A DNA stretch of 64,000 bases, taken from the NCBI GenBank assembly GCA_045646945.1, contig JAZRLS010000005.1, positions 11,857 to 75,856 on the forward strand. Reading direction: 5' to 3'. A program made the translations under genes and the position numbers. The DNA is from Eubacteriales bacterium (lineage in GTDB: Bacteria > Bacillota > Clostridia > Oscillospirales > CAG-272). The notes below the pieces were generated by a model that had not been told where the DNA came from, searched no databases, and saw only the letters and a list, made by a program, of their open reading frames with translations. Below, in pieces: positions 17,858 through 26,694 of this stretch (position 1 is the stretch's first letter; every line of letters starts with the position of its first letter).

Positions 17858-17868
17858 GCAACAAATTT

Positions 17869-18009
17869 TGTAGGGACAGGCGTCCTCGACTGTCCGAAAA
17901 AGAAATAACTTTGTAAAAATAATATGGTAACGCACAATAGATGCGTTGAATTAAAATTTATCAAAAAATCATTGTGTGGCACGGACAGTCGAGGACGCCT
18001 GTCCCTACA
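17869..18009. mobile_element. 141-bp MITE/REPIN-like element with perfect 28-nt terminal inverted repeats
   Basis: TGTAGGGACAGGCGTCCTCGACTGTCCG (17869-17896) and its exact reverse complement (17982-18009) flank an AT-rich 85-nt core. An identical solo arm lies at 60901-60928. Confidence 0.75.
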
Positions 18010-18077
18010 TTCAATCATACAAGCCATAGCTAAAAATCTGATTTTTCACAATTTTTTAAAAAAATCCCTCCTAGCTC

Positions 18078-18106
18078 TTGCAATCTTTTCTTCTTTGTAG
18101 TATAAT
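18078..18106 (+). promoter_or_regulatory. sigma-A type promoter of argS
   Basis: TTGCAA, 17-nt spacer, TATAAT. Confidence 0.6.
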
Positions 18107-18160
18107 ATATTAGTTAATGAACATTATGATGGCAGAAAATGCTCTGCCGAAGGAGAAAAA

Positions 18161-19879
18161 ATGCTGACGATGAAAAAAATGATCGCAGAGGCGATCGTAG
18201 AACGTCTTGGTGCGGCACTTTCAGTCGAGGACGTCGAGCGTATGCTTGAATATCCCCCCGATGCGAAAATGGGGGATTTGGCACTCCCTTGCTTTAAGCT
18301 CAGCAAGATTCTGCGCAACGCTCCCGTGCGAATCGCAACCCAGCTTGCCGAGGGATTTTCGGTGCCCTGCGTGGACCGTGCCGAAGCGGTGAACGGTTAT
18401 TTGAATATTTTCCTCTCGCCCGAGTATCTTGCAAAGGCGGTGCTTCCCGAGGTTCTCGAAAAGGGGGACGCTTACGGTGCGCCCGATCTCGGCAAGGGAA
18501 AGACGGTCGTTTTGGACTATTCCTCTCCGAACGTTGCAAAGCCCTTCCACATCGGACATCTCGGAACGACGGTCATCGGTCATTCTTTGAAGAAATTGCA
18601 CGAGTTTGCAGGTTATAAGTGCGTTGGTATCAACTATCTCGGAGACTGGGGAACGCAGTTTGGTAAGCTGATTACCGCCTATCGTCTGTGGGGCAACCGC
18701 GAGTCGATCGAAGCGGGCGGTATTGACGCGTTGGTCGATCTCTACGTGCGCATCAACAATGCGATTTCGGGCAATGAGGCAGAGGGAATTCCCGCAAATC
18801 CTGCGCTTGCGGACGAGGCGAGAGCCGAGTTCCTCAAGATGGAGCAGGGAGACGAAGAAAACCTTGCGATCTGGCGTTGGTTTGTCGATCTTAGCCTTGC
18901 GGAATACAAAAAGACCTACGATCAGCTCGGCATTGAGTTTGATAGCTACAAGGGAGAGTCCTTTTATACCGACAAGATGCCTGCCGAGGTACAAAAGCTT
19001 CGCGATGCGGGACTTTTGAAAATCGACGACGGTGCTTCGATCGTTGATCTTGAAGAATACGGTATGCCGCCTTGTCTGATTTTGAAGAGAGACGGTTCGA
19101 CGCTGTACCCGACGCGCGATATTGCGGCGGCAGTTTACCGCAAGAACACTTATGATTTCGACAAAGCCATTTACGTTACGAGTGCGGGACAGAGTCTGCA
19201 CTTCGCGCAGTGGTTCAAGGTCGTGGAGCTGATGGGCTACGACTTTGCGGACAAGCTGGTACACGTACCTTACGGAACGGTCAGCATCAACGGCGCAAAG
19301 CTTGCAACGAGAACGGGTAATGTCATTCTTCTGCGCGACCTCTTCGCGCTGGCAATCGAAAAGGTTGCTACGATTATGGAAGAGAAGAACCCGAATCTTG
19401 CCGATAAGGAAAAGATTGCAGAATCGGTTGGCGTTGGCGCGATTGTCTTCTACTATCTCTCGAACAACCGTATCCGTGATATCAACTTCGTGATGGAAGA
19501 CGCGCTCTCCTTTGACGGAAACACGGGTCCCTACGTACAGTACACCTACGCGCGTACCTGCTCGGTGCTCTCGAAAGCAGAGTTTGACGCAAATGCTCCT
19601 CTGACGCTGAGCGTTCCCGAAGAAACAGAGCTTCTGAAAACGCTTTCGCGCTTTGAGGAAACGGTGCGCGAGGCAATTGACGCGTACGAGCCTTCGGTCA
19701 TCACGCGTTACATTCTCGACGTGGCAGGTGCCTTCAACCGCTTCTACCACAACTGCACGATTCTCGGTGCGGAGGACGGTGCCGTGAAGAACACGAGACT
19801 TGCGCTCACGGCAGCGGCAAAGACGGTGCTCGGCAATGCGTTTGAGCTCATCTGTCTTGCAAAGACGGAAAAGATTTAA
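18161..19879 (+). CDS. argS: arginine--tRNA ligase
   Basis: 572 aa with the class I HIGH motif (PFHIGHLG), the characteristic length, and the C-terminal anticodon-binding DALR region. Confidence 0.93.
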   Translation: MLTMKKMIAEAIVERLGAALSVEDVERMLEYPPDAKMGDLALPCFKLSKILRNAPVRIATQLAEGFSVPCVDRAEAVNGYLNIFLSPEYLAKAVLPEVLEKGDAYGAPDLGKGKTVVLDYSSPNVAKPFHIGHLGTTVIGHSLKKLHEFAGYKCVGINYLGDWGTQFGKLITAYRLWGNRESIEAGGIDALVDLYVRINNAISGNEAEGIPANPALADEARAEFLKMEQGDEENLAIWRWFVDLSLAEYKKTYDQLGIEFDSYKGESFYTDKMPAEVQKLRDAGLLKIDDGASIVDLEEYGMPPCLILKRDGSTLYPTRDIAAAVYRKNTYDFDKAIYVTSAGQSLHFAQWFKVVELMGYDFADKLVHVPYGTVSINGAKLATRTGNVILLRDLFALAIEKVATIMEEKNPNLADKEKIAESVGVGAIVFYYLSNNRIRDINFVMEDALSFDGNTGPYVQYTYARTCSVLSKAEFDANAPLTLSVPEETELLKTLSRFEETVREAIDAYEPSVITRYILDVAGAFNRFYHNCTILGAEDGAVKNTRLALTAAAKTVLGNAFELICLAKTEKI

Positions 19880-19926
19880 AAAAATCAAATCGTGATATTT
19901 GATGATATTTCGCACACAGAACGGAA

Positions 19927-20047
19927 GGCTCCCTTGTGTAAAGGGAGCTGTCGCAAAGCGACTGAGGGATTGTTTTTAGAACAGAATTAGCTTTTACAAT
20001 CCCTCCGTCACGCTGACGCGTGCCACCTCCCTTTACACAAGGGAGGC
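19927..20047. repeat. two-hairpin inverted-doublet repeat (family B)
   Basis: Left arm GGCTCCCTTGTGTAAAGGGAGCTGTCGCAAAGCGACTGAGGGATTGT. The right arm is its imperfect reverse complement (GCCTCCCTTGTGTAAAGGGAGGTGGCACGCGTCAGCGTGACGGAGGGATTGT). Related copies lie at 38346-38451 and 60713-60840. Confidence 0.75.
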
Positions 20048-20110
20048 ATTTTGTGAGTGCGTAATCTAATTTGTTTGTAAAAATAATGTGAAAATAAAGA
20101 GGTATGAATT

Positions 20111-20842
20111 ATGTCCGGACACAGCAAATGGGCGAATATTAAGCACAAGAAAGAAAAGACCGACGCGCAGAGAGCGAAGGTATTTACAAAGATCGGTAAG
20201 GAGATTACGATTGCGGTCAAGGAAGGCGGCGGAGATCCCAATTCCAACGCAAAGCTCCGCGATCTGATTCTCAAGGCAAAATCCAACAACGTTCCGAACG
20301 ATAACATCGAGCGTACCATCAAGAAGGCGCTTGGCGGCACGGGCGAAAACTACGAAGAGGTCGTGTACGAGGGCTACGGTCCCGCAGGCATCGCGGTCAT
20401 CGTTGAAGCGACCACCGACAACCGTAACCGTACGGCAGGCAACGTCCGCGCGTACTTCTCGAAGTACCACGGCAATATGGGACAGACGGGATGCGTATCC
20501 TTCCTCTTTGAGGACAAGGGTCTGATCGTCATTTCCAACGAGGACGGCGACATCGACGAGGACGCTCTGATGGAGCTTTCTCTTGAGGCAGGTGCGTCCG
20601 ACTTTGCGGCAGAGGGTGAGGTCTTTGAGATCTACACCGAGCCCGACGATCTGTTTGCGGTACAGGAAGCACTCAGCAGTGCGGGCTACGAGTTCCTTTC
20701 GGCAGAGAAGACCAAGATCCCCTCGACCTACGTCACGCTTGAGAGCGAGGACGAGATCAAGTTTATGGGACTTCTCATTGAAAAGCTCGAAGAAGACGAC
20801 GACGTAATGAACGTTTACCATAACTGGGAAAACTGTGATTGA
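20111..20842 (+). CDS. yebC: YebC/PmpR family DNA-binding transcriptional regulator
   Basis: MSGHSKWANIKHKK... is the highly conserved family N-terminus. 243 aa. Confidence 0.92.
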   Translation: MSGHSKWANIKHKKEKTDAQRAKVFTKIGKEITIAVKEGGGDPNSNAKLRDLILKAKSNNVPNDNIERTIKKALGGTGENYEEVVYEGYGPAGIAVIVEATTDNRNRTAGNVRAYFSKYHGNMGQTGCVSFLFEDKGLIVISNEDGDIDEDALMELSLEAGASDFAAEGEVFEIYTEPDDLFAVQEALSSAGYEFLSAEKTKIPSTYVTLESEDEIKFMGLLIEKLEEDDDVMNVYHNWENCD

Positions 20843-20844
20843 CG

Positions 20845-22278
20845 ATGAGTCTTTTGGCAAAATATAAAAGACTGATTTCCAACACGGCGATCCTCGGCGC
20901 GGGCACCTTTGCTTCAAAGGTGCTCGTCTTCCTCTTGATGCCGTTTTATACGAGCATTCTTTCGACGGCGGAGTTCGGTACGGCAGACCTCGTCGCGCAA
21001 ACGGCAAATCTTTTGATTCCGCTCGCGGCGGTCGGTATCTGCGATGGCATTTTTCGCTTTACTCTTGATGCTTCGGAGGACGAGGAACATCGAAAACGAA
21101 TTTTCTCGACGGGCGTGGCGATTCTTCTTGTGGGAAGTCTCTTGCTCGTCGGCGCGGTGCAGGTGCTTCGGCTTTTCGACACGCTCTCGGAGTACGTGCT
21201 TCTCATCGCGCTCTACGTCATTGCCGCCAATTTCCATTCGGCGTTTGCGAATTACTTGCGTGCCGAGGGCAAGACGGTGCTTTTTGCGCTGCAGGGAATT
21301 CTCAATACCGCACTGACGATCGCGCTGAACGTGCTATTCCTCTTGAACTTCAACATGGGAGCGACGGGATACGTCCTTTCGGTGGTCGTTGCCGACCTTT
21401 CGATGACGGTACTGCTTTTCTTCGTTGCACGGCTCTGGCGTGATTTTTCGGTACGGAGATTTTCACGTACGATGGCAAGAAAGATGCTTCGCTTCAGTAT
21501 TCCGTATATTCCGACGACGATGCTGTGGCTCGTGACGCTGGTGTCCGACCGCTATATCGTTGCGTATTATTGCGGAGAAAGCGCGAACGGACTTTACGCC
21601 GCAGCATACAAATTGCCGACGCTTCTTTCGCTGGTCAGCGGAGTGTTTGTGGAAGCGTGGCATTTCTCGACGGTGCGCGACGCAACCGACGATGAAAAGG
21701 CGGACTTTTTTGGAACGGTGTATTTCCACTTTATGGGCGTGATGTTTATGGGCGGCGCGTTCCTTGTGACGGGGGCTAAGATTTTTACGAAGCTTCTTTT
21801 GGCAGAGTCCTACTATTCGTCTTGGAAATTCGTACCTGTGCTCGTGATGGCAACCGTTTTCTCGACGCTCGTTTCCTTCCTCGGCAGTGTGTATTTTCTC
21901 AAAAAGAAGAGTACGCTTTCGATGCTGACGGCAATGGTGGGCGCACTTGTAAACGTCATTCTCAATTTCGTGATGATTCCTACCCACGGTGCGATGGGCG
22001 CGGCAGTGGCAACTCTGATCAGCTATCTTGCGGTCTTTGCCGTGCGCGCGTTTGATACGGCACAGTATCTGAAATTTCCTCTGTATTACGGACGGCTGAT
22101 CATCAACTTCCTGCTGCTTCTGGTGCAGTCTGCCGTACTGCTTTGGGAGCTTCCGTATTGGATGTTGATCGAAGCGGGATTGCTGCTTTTGACCTTGGCA
22201 TTCAACGGAAAAGCTCTGTTTTTGACGGCAGTTCGCATTTTTGGAAGAATTTTTGGAAAAAATTTAAAAAAATCTTGA
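20845..22278 (+). CDS. oligosaccharide/polysaccharide flippase (MOP/Wzx-like, polysaccharide biosynthesis protein family)
   Basis: About 14 predicted TM segments. N-terminus ..NTAILGAGTFASKVLVFLLMPFYTSIL..EFG is typical of this family. The ATG lies just after the yebC stop. Confidence 0.75.
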   Translation: MSLLAKYKRLISNTAILGAGTFASKVLVFLLMPFYTSILSTAEFGTADLVAQTANLLIPLAAVGICDGIFRFTLDASEDEEHRKRIFSTGVAILLVGSLLLVGAVQVLRLFDTLSEYVLLIALYVIAANFHSAFANYLRAEGKTVLFALQGILNTALTIALNVLFLLNFNMGATGYVLSVVVADLSMTVLLFFVARLWRDFSVRRFSRTMARKMLRFSIPYIPTTMLWLVTLVSDRYIVAYYCGESANGLYAAAYKLPTLLSLVSGVFVEAWHFSTVRDATDDEKADFFGTVYFHFMGVMFMGGAFLVTGAKIFTKLLLAESYYSSWKFVPVLVMATVFSTLVSFLGSVYFLKKKSTLSMLTAMVGALVNVILNFVMIPTHGAMGAAVATLISYLAVFAVRAFDTAQYLKFPLYYGRLIINFLLLLVQSAVLLWELPYWMLIEAGLLLLTLAFNGKALFLTAVRIFGRIFGKNLKKS

Positions 22279-22285
22279 AAAAGTA

Positions 22286-22314
22286 TTGCAAAACCGTTTG
22301 GTTTGTGGTATAAT
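22286..22314 (+). promoter_or_regulatory. sigma-A type promoter of rplS
   Basis: TTGCAA, 17-nt spacer, TATAAT, with TG at the extended -10 position. Confidence 0.65.
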
Positions 22315-22319
22315 ATCAT

Positions 22320-22405
22320 CTGCTGTGTGCCAATCGGTGCGTGGCAACCATAATTAGAAGGGTAGTCCGCTGCGTCGCTCTGCATGAATGCCCGGATTTT
22401 TGAAG
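22320..22405 (+). promoter_or_regulatory. about 100-nt GC-rich 5' leader of rplS (possible L19 autoregulatory leader)
   Basis: The distance from promoter to RBS is unusually long and contains hairpins (GCCA-loop-TGGC, GCAG..CTGC). Ribosomal L19 leaders are known in Firmicutes, but I cannot verify the consensus by eye. Confidence 0.3.
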
Positions 22406-22417
22406 GAGGACTGAAAA

Positions 22418-22759
22418 ATGGATATGCTTCAGGCTTTTACAAACGAGCAGTTGAAGACCGAGGTACCGGTCATCAACGTTGGTGACACCATTCGTGTTCA
22501 CAACAAGATCAAGGAGGGCGCTCGCGAGAGAATTCAGATGTTCGAAGGAACTGTTATCGCGAAGCACGGCGGCGGAATCTCCGAGACGTTCACGGTAAGA
22601 CGTGTTTCTTACGGCTGTGGCGTTGAGAAGACCTTCCCGATTCACTCTCCCAACGTAGAGAAGGTTGACATTATCCGTCAGGGTAAGGTCAGAAGAGCTA
22701 AGCTCTACTATCTGCGCGACAGAGTTGGTAAGGCATCCAAGGTTAAGGAAAAGATCTAA
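22418..22759 (+). CDS. rplS: 50S ribosomal protein L19
   Basis: 113 aa with ..[47 protein letters not shown].. as the canonical L19 sequence. Confidence 0.95.
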   Translation: MDMLQAFTNEQLKTEVPVINVGDTIRVHNKIKEGARERIQMFEGTVIAKHGGGISETFTVRRVSYGCGVEKTFPIHSPNVEKVDIIRQGKVRRAKLYYLRDRVGKASKVKEKI

Positions 22760-22775
22760 CCGAAACCAAAAACCT

Positions 22776-22817
22776 AAAAATATGGGACAGAGGATTTCCT
22801 CTGTCCCATATTTTTTA
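22776..22817 (+). terminator. intrinsic terminator of rplS
   Basis: 14-bp stem ATATGGGACAGAGG / CCTCTGTCCCATAT followed by TTTTTT. Confidence 0.85.
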
Positions 22818-22829
22818 GGACGCGGTTTT

Positions 22830-22880
22830 GTGGGGTTAGCCCCACGCCCCACGTAAGAACTTTTTGAAAAAAGTTCTTAC
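22830..22880. repeat. pair of short palindromic units
   Basis: GTGGGG-TTAG-CCCCAC, followed by GTAAGAACTTTT..AAAAGTTCTTAC. Confidence 0.5.
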
Positions 22881-22930
22881 GAATCTCAAAAACTTAACAC
22901 AAAAATAGTTTTAATAAAAATCGCAACCTA

Positions 22931-22960
22931 AACCTCTTGGTACGTAGTGTCCAAGAGGTT
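22931..22960. repeat. 10-bp-stem palindrome
   Basis: AACCTCTTGG-TACGTAGTGT-CCAAGAGGTT. Confidence 0.5.
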
Positions 22961-23034
22961 TATTCCTTAGAAAGCCGAAGTCTGCACCAAAAATATGGCG
23001 TAATAATCCATAATTTCCGTCTTGTTTTCTTTTG

Positions 23035-23064
23035 GTTACTTTTCTTTTTTAAAAGAAAAGTAAC
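23035..23064. repeat. perfect 13-14-bp AT-rich palindrome abutting the stop of the lipoprotein gene
   Basis: GTTACTTTTCTTTT / AAAAGAAAAGTAAC. Possible terminator for the minus-strand operon, although the T-run is weak. Confidence 0.45.
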
Positions 23065-23561
23065 TATTCCTTCCCCTGAACTAACTTCTTCTCCACCGTT
23101 TCAAAGACGAGCTCGCGGTCGGTGTCCGAGAGAATGGCGTAGACTACGTAGTTGCCGAACGAGCGCACCTCGGCGTGTTCGAGTTTTGGAATCTCTTCGG
23201 GGGCATAGCTTTCAATGAATGTCGTTTTTTCTTCTCTCAGCTCTTCGAGATAATCCTCGCAAAGATCTTTGATTTCGTCTCGCGCTTCGGCGTTTGGCGC
23301 GTGGAAAATTCCGAACTCACCGATGTCCTCGGAACGCACGGTATAGCGCAGACACGCGTCGTCGTGGAGCTTTGTGTCTTCAAAATAATAGCGCAAATGC
23401 TCGCTACCAAAGGTCTCGTAGCCGAAATCGACGGGAATCTGCTCCTCGACGGTATCGGCAAGCTCCGAGCAGGGAAGGTCGTCCGCATAGCTTTTTTCTT
23501 TTTTTGCGCAAGAAGAAAGCAGAAGAGTCATCAATAAAAGAACCACTAAAAATCGTTTCAT
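23064..23561 (-). CDS. lipoprotein, DUF4358-like
   Basis: Lipobox LLLSSC after a signal peptide. The acidic mature domain with ..IGEFGIFHA.. resembles the DUF4358 family (from memory). Confidence 0.7.
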   Translation of the reverse strand: MKRFLVVLLLMTLLLSSCAKKEKSYADDLPCSELADTVEEQIPVDFGYETFGSEHLRYYFEDTKLHDDACLRYTVRSEDIGEFGIFHAPNAEARDEIKDLCEDYLEELREEKTTFIESYAPEEIPKLEHAEVRSFGNYVVYAILSDTDRELVFETVEKKLVQGKE

Positions 23562-23574
23562 AGTACCTCCAATA

Positions 23575-24360
23575 TTATTTTACTGCGTGCGTGCGCAGAT
23601 AGTTCAAAATTGCAAGATACGCTTCACGCGTCAGATGATGTCCATCGCCGTTCTGATATTCGTTTTTCAGGCGTCCGTTCTCGTCCTTGAGAATTTCGTT
23701 GACGGCGAGATAAGAAAGTCCCTCTTCCTCGCAGAGCTCGATTGCCCATTCGTTGATTTGGTCGATGATCTCGTTCAGCTCGTCAAGGGTCACCGAATAT
23801 CGGCTCATATCCATATTGTTCGCCACGGGAAAGCAGGACGCGACGACGATTTTGGTGCTCGGAGAGGCTGTTTGAATTTCTGTTATGAGCAGACGGTAGC
23901 AGTCCTTGAAGTAGTCGTCGCCGCGTTTTTTGAATTGCACCGCGCCGTTGAGTCCGAAGCAGAGAAAGATGCGTTCGGGCTTTTTTCTTGCGACCGCTTC
24001 GCCGATCGTCAAAAGCTCGCCCGTGTCGGGATAGCGGATACGAAAAGATGCGATTGAGGTATCGAGCATAGCCGTGCCGTTGTCCGCCCCCCATACCTGC
24101 GTCGTATTCGTTCCACCGCGCAGAACGCCTCGGCTTTTGATGTGATAGGTGGTCGATTCACCGAAAAAAATAAAGCTGTCAAGATAGTCCTTTCCCATCT
24201 CCTCACTCTCTGCGACGATGGCAGAAGAGGTCGGTTCGGTTTGCGGTTCCTGTACCGTAGGAAGCGACGTATTCGCTCGGCAGGAAGAGCTCCCAAGGAG
24301 AACCGTGAGGAGAAGAGAAAGGCTTGACAGCCGAAATATGATCTTTTTTGTTACTTTCAT
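23575..24360 (-). CDS. SGNH/GDSL-type hydrolase lipoprotein
   Basis: Start taken at MKVTKKIIFRLSSLSLLLTVLLGSSSC (lipobox). Has FFGESTT (block I Ser), a GLNG block and a C-terminal DGHHLT block. The track ORF extends upstream to 24498 without support. Confidence 0.75.
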   Translation of the reverse strand: MKVTKKIIFRLSSLSLLLTVLLGSSSCRANTSLPTVQEPQTEPTSSAIVAESEEMGKDYLDSFIFFGESTTYHIKSRGVLRGGTNTTQVWGADNGTAMLDTSIASFRIRYPDTGELLTIGEAVARKKPERIFLCFGLNGAVQFKKRGDDYFKDCYRLLITEIQTASPSTKIVVASCFPVANNMDMSRYSVTLDELNEIIDQINEWAIELCEEEGLSYLAVNEILKDENGRLKNEYQNGDGHHLTREAYLAILNYLRTHAVK

Positions 24361-24406
24361 CAGAGTACACCCTTTCCGTGATTTCGGATCAGGGAAACTC
24401 AGAGAA

Positions 24407-24838
24407 TCAGCGCTTTTTGGAAAACTGCTTGTCGTAATTTTCAGAGTGCTCGCTATTTCTGCGGAAGCGTGCGGAGAAGAGGTGGCCAAGACCTGCACCG
24501 ATCCAATAGAGGGCGGTGAAGAGCACGAGCCCGACGAATACTTGCGCGGCTCTCATTCCGTTCGGAAGGAGCAGACAGAGGTAAAACGCAAGTGCTAACA
24601 TTGCGTAGTGCAGAAGCAAACGAGCCGCGCGTACCAGCGAAGTCAGACGCAGTACGCTATGCGCGAGAGCCGCCAAAAGGGAAAAAAGGAAGAGGAAGCA
24701 GAGCGTGTCGGCGCGGAGCAGAACCTTTTCCTCTTCGACGTTCACTATCAGCATTCCAATCGAATAGACGGCGGCAAGAAGCGTAAAATAAATAGAGGTG
24801 TCGCGAAGCAACGACTTAAAAAAATTCCTGAAATTCAT
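24407..24838 (-). CDS. small integral membrane protein (4 TM), function unknown
   Basis: Start taken at MNFRNFFKSLL... The upstream extension in the track ORF (to 24988) overlaps the DUF47 gene end. Confidence 0.6.
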   Translation of the reverse strand: MNFRNFFKSLLRDTSIYFTLLAAVYSIGMLIVNVEEEKVLLRADTLCFLFLFSLLAALAHSVLRLTSLVRAARLLLHYAMLALAFYLCLLLPNGMRAAQVFVGLVLFTALYWIGAGLGHLFSARFRRNSEHSENYDKQFSKKR

Positions 24839-24929
24839 GAATTTACTTTGATCCTTTCGGTAGTGTTCCCTTATACTATACCACATATACCGAAATTTTT
24901 CAAGAGAAAAGGGGATTTTTATTCTATAA

Positions 24930-25493
24930 TTAAATATTATGGAGCATAATTTCGACCAGCTCGTCAAAGGTGCGGGAGATCTCGGCACGGAGTCTGCCCG
25001 TCAGAATGATGATCTGCGCCGCACTTTTGGGGAGAATGCCCGAATGAACGCGCGAGAGCATCGTCGTGTGAGCGCGCCGTCCCTCGGCAAGCAGAGAACG
25101 AAAGCCCTGCACGTCGGGAAGCTCGTCGGGCTTGCGGATGCGACGCAAAAGAGCGATCGACTCCGAGATCTTTTTGCAAAGGCGCAGACAGACGATGCCT
25201 TCCTCGTTCTGCCGATCGAGCGGAGCGTAGGATGCGTGGCAGAGAAGCTCGGATGCTTGATCCACCACACGCGAAAGACCGTGTGCGCAGCCCGCAAGGG
25301 TTTCACGCTCCAAAGGGGGCAGAAAATCGGAAAAGAGGGCATCTTCCAACTCGCAGATCAGCTTGTCGGAGTGCTTTCTTAGTGAGGAAAGGCTTCGCGT
25401 GTCGAGTGTCGGTGTCGGAGCACACGCGAGAGCCACGGCGTCGCTTGCGTGCAAAGAGAGCTGTTCTAAGGTTTCAAAATAATCGTATTTCAT
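24930..25493 (-). CDS. DUF47 family protein (PhoU-like, phosphate transport accessory)
   Basis: MKYDYFETLEQLSLHA... is helical and PhoU-like. It lies immediately downstream of the PiT transporter, which is the classical PiT/DUF47 gene pair. Confidence 0.75.
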   Translation of the reverse strand: MKYDYFETLEQLSLHASDAVALACAPTPTLDTRSLSSLRKHSDKLICELEDALFSDFLPPLERETLAGCAHGLSRVVDQASELLCHASYAPLDRQNEEGIVCLRLCKKISESIALLRRIRKPDELPDVQGFRSLLAEGRRAHTTMLSRVHSGILPKSAAQIIILTGRLRAEISRTFDELVEIMLHNI

Positions 25494-25516
25494 TCGTATC
25501 ACACCCTTTCGATTGG

Positions 25517-26524
25517 TTAATGGACGAGGGGGAGATGGGAAAAGAGACGCGCGAGCAAAAAACCGATTGCGCCACAGATAGGAAAGGTGAGTGTCCATGC
25601 CGCAATCATTTCGCCGACGATGCGAAGATCGATTCCACGTCTCTTACAAAGTCCCGTTCCCATCATTGCGCACGCCTTGGAATGCGTAGTGCTGGCGGGA
25701 ATTCCGAGGAAGGAGCAGACGGCAAGCACGACCGAGGAGGCGGCATCCGAGGCACTTCCGCCCGCCGCATCGAGGTCGATCATATCCACGCCGACCTTTT
25801 TGATGATCTTGGCTCCGCCGAGCATAGTGCCGAGCGTCATCACAGAGGCGCAGATGAGAATGATCGGCATCGGAAGTGTTCCGCTCTCACGCAGAGAGGG
25901 CTTTGTGAGCGAAAGTCCGAGCAGATAAACTCCCATAAATTTTTGAGAATCCTGCGCACCGTGTAAGAGCGCGCTGAGTGCGGCACTGGCACGCTGGGTT
26001 CGCAGAAAATTCCGCATCACACGGCGGTACTCGCGCCCTGCCAAAAATTTTTGAAGCACCGAAAGAAAGAGCCAGCCGAGCAGTGCCGCGGGGAGCGTGG
26101 TAGCAAAGAGTCCGAGGAGAACGAGTCCCCATTCCTGCGGATTGATGGCGTCGAAGCTCATCGTTCTGGCAAGTGCCGCACCCGTCAGCCCCGAAATGAG
26201 CGCGTGGCTCTCACTCGTTGGAATGCCGAATCGCCAAGCAATCAGTGCCCAGAGCACCACAGCGGCAAGCCCCGCGGTGAGCGAAGAGAGGGCGTTTTCC
26301 GCATTTTTACCGAAATCGACGATGCCATAGAGGGTTTGTGCCACGCGCGTGCTCAGCAGTGCCATTCCGACAGCACCGACAAAATTGCAGACCGCCGCCA
26401 TCGCAAGTGCCGCGGGCGGAGTCATCGCTCGGGTCGAAATACAGCCCGCAATGGCATTGGGCGCGTCGGTCCAGCCGTTCACGAGAATGACAAGAAGGAT
26501 GAATACGGTAAACAGAATGGTCAT
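25517..26524 (-). CDS. inorganic phosphate transporter, PiT family
   Basis: 335 aa with ..NGWTDAPNAIA.. and ..GIPASTTH.. as duplicated PHO4 signature motifs. Polytopic membrane protein. Confidence 0.88.
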   Translation of the reverse strand: MTILFTVFILLVILVNGWTDAPNAIAGCISTRAMTPPAALAMAAVCNFVGAVGMALLSTRVAQTLYGIVDFGKNAENALSSLTAGLAAVVLWALIAWRFGIPTSESHALISGLTGAALARTMSFDAINPQEWGLVLLGLFATTLPAALLGWLFLSVLQKFLAGREYRRVMRNFLRTQRASAALSALLHGAQDSQKFMGVYLLGLSLTKPSLRESGTLPMPIILICASVMTLGTMLGGAKIIKKVGVDMIDLDAAGGSASDAASSVVLAVCSFLGIPASTTHSKACAMMGTGLCKRRGIDLRIVGEMIAAWTLTFPICGAIGFLLARLFSHLPLVH

Positions 26525-26661
26525 ATCACACCTCCGTATATAACCTTATGAACATGTGCTTTGTTTCATTCCAACGGACAACTTCAAAACCTTGCTAAAA
26601 ATCGCACCTCGCTGCGCTCGCTCTGAGCGTCGTGTAATTTTTATCTTTTTCGAGAACGCAA

Positions 26662-26692
26662 AATCCCTCGTGATGACGTATCACGAGGGATT
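26662..26692 (-). terminator. hairpin terminator after the glycolipid operon
   Basis: 13-bp stem AATCCCTCGTGAT / ATCACGAGGGATT, with a short T-run on the minus strand. Confidence 0.6.
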
Positions 26693-26694
26693 GG

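Noticed and set aside
18010-18160. T-box leader upstream of argS.
   Set aside because: Only about 55 nt separate the promoter from the start codon, and I see no specifier loop, T-box sequence or terminator.
18221-19915. 564-aa ORF antisense to argS. Similar long antisense or shadow ORFs occur at 6278..7201, 2986..3933, 11530..12333, 15140..16222, 20066..21007, 29580..30584, 32787..34034, 39245..40948, 51606..52763, 56406..57620 and 62341..63216.
   Set aside because: They lie opposite genes with unmistakable family signatures, and their translations are Arg/His/Cys-rich and low-complexity with no RBS. This is typical of stop-codon-poor antisense frames in GC-rich coding DNA.
20008-20340. 110-aa minus-strand ORF with the C-terminal tail ...HKMPPLCKGRWHASA, plus similar small ORFs over repeats (17620..18027, 33967..34317, 60406..60803, 60808..61092).
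   Set aside because: Their sequences are translations of the palindromic repeat units, or they overlap yebC. Such peptides recur wherever the repeats occur, which marks them as artefacts.
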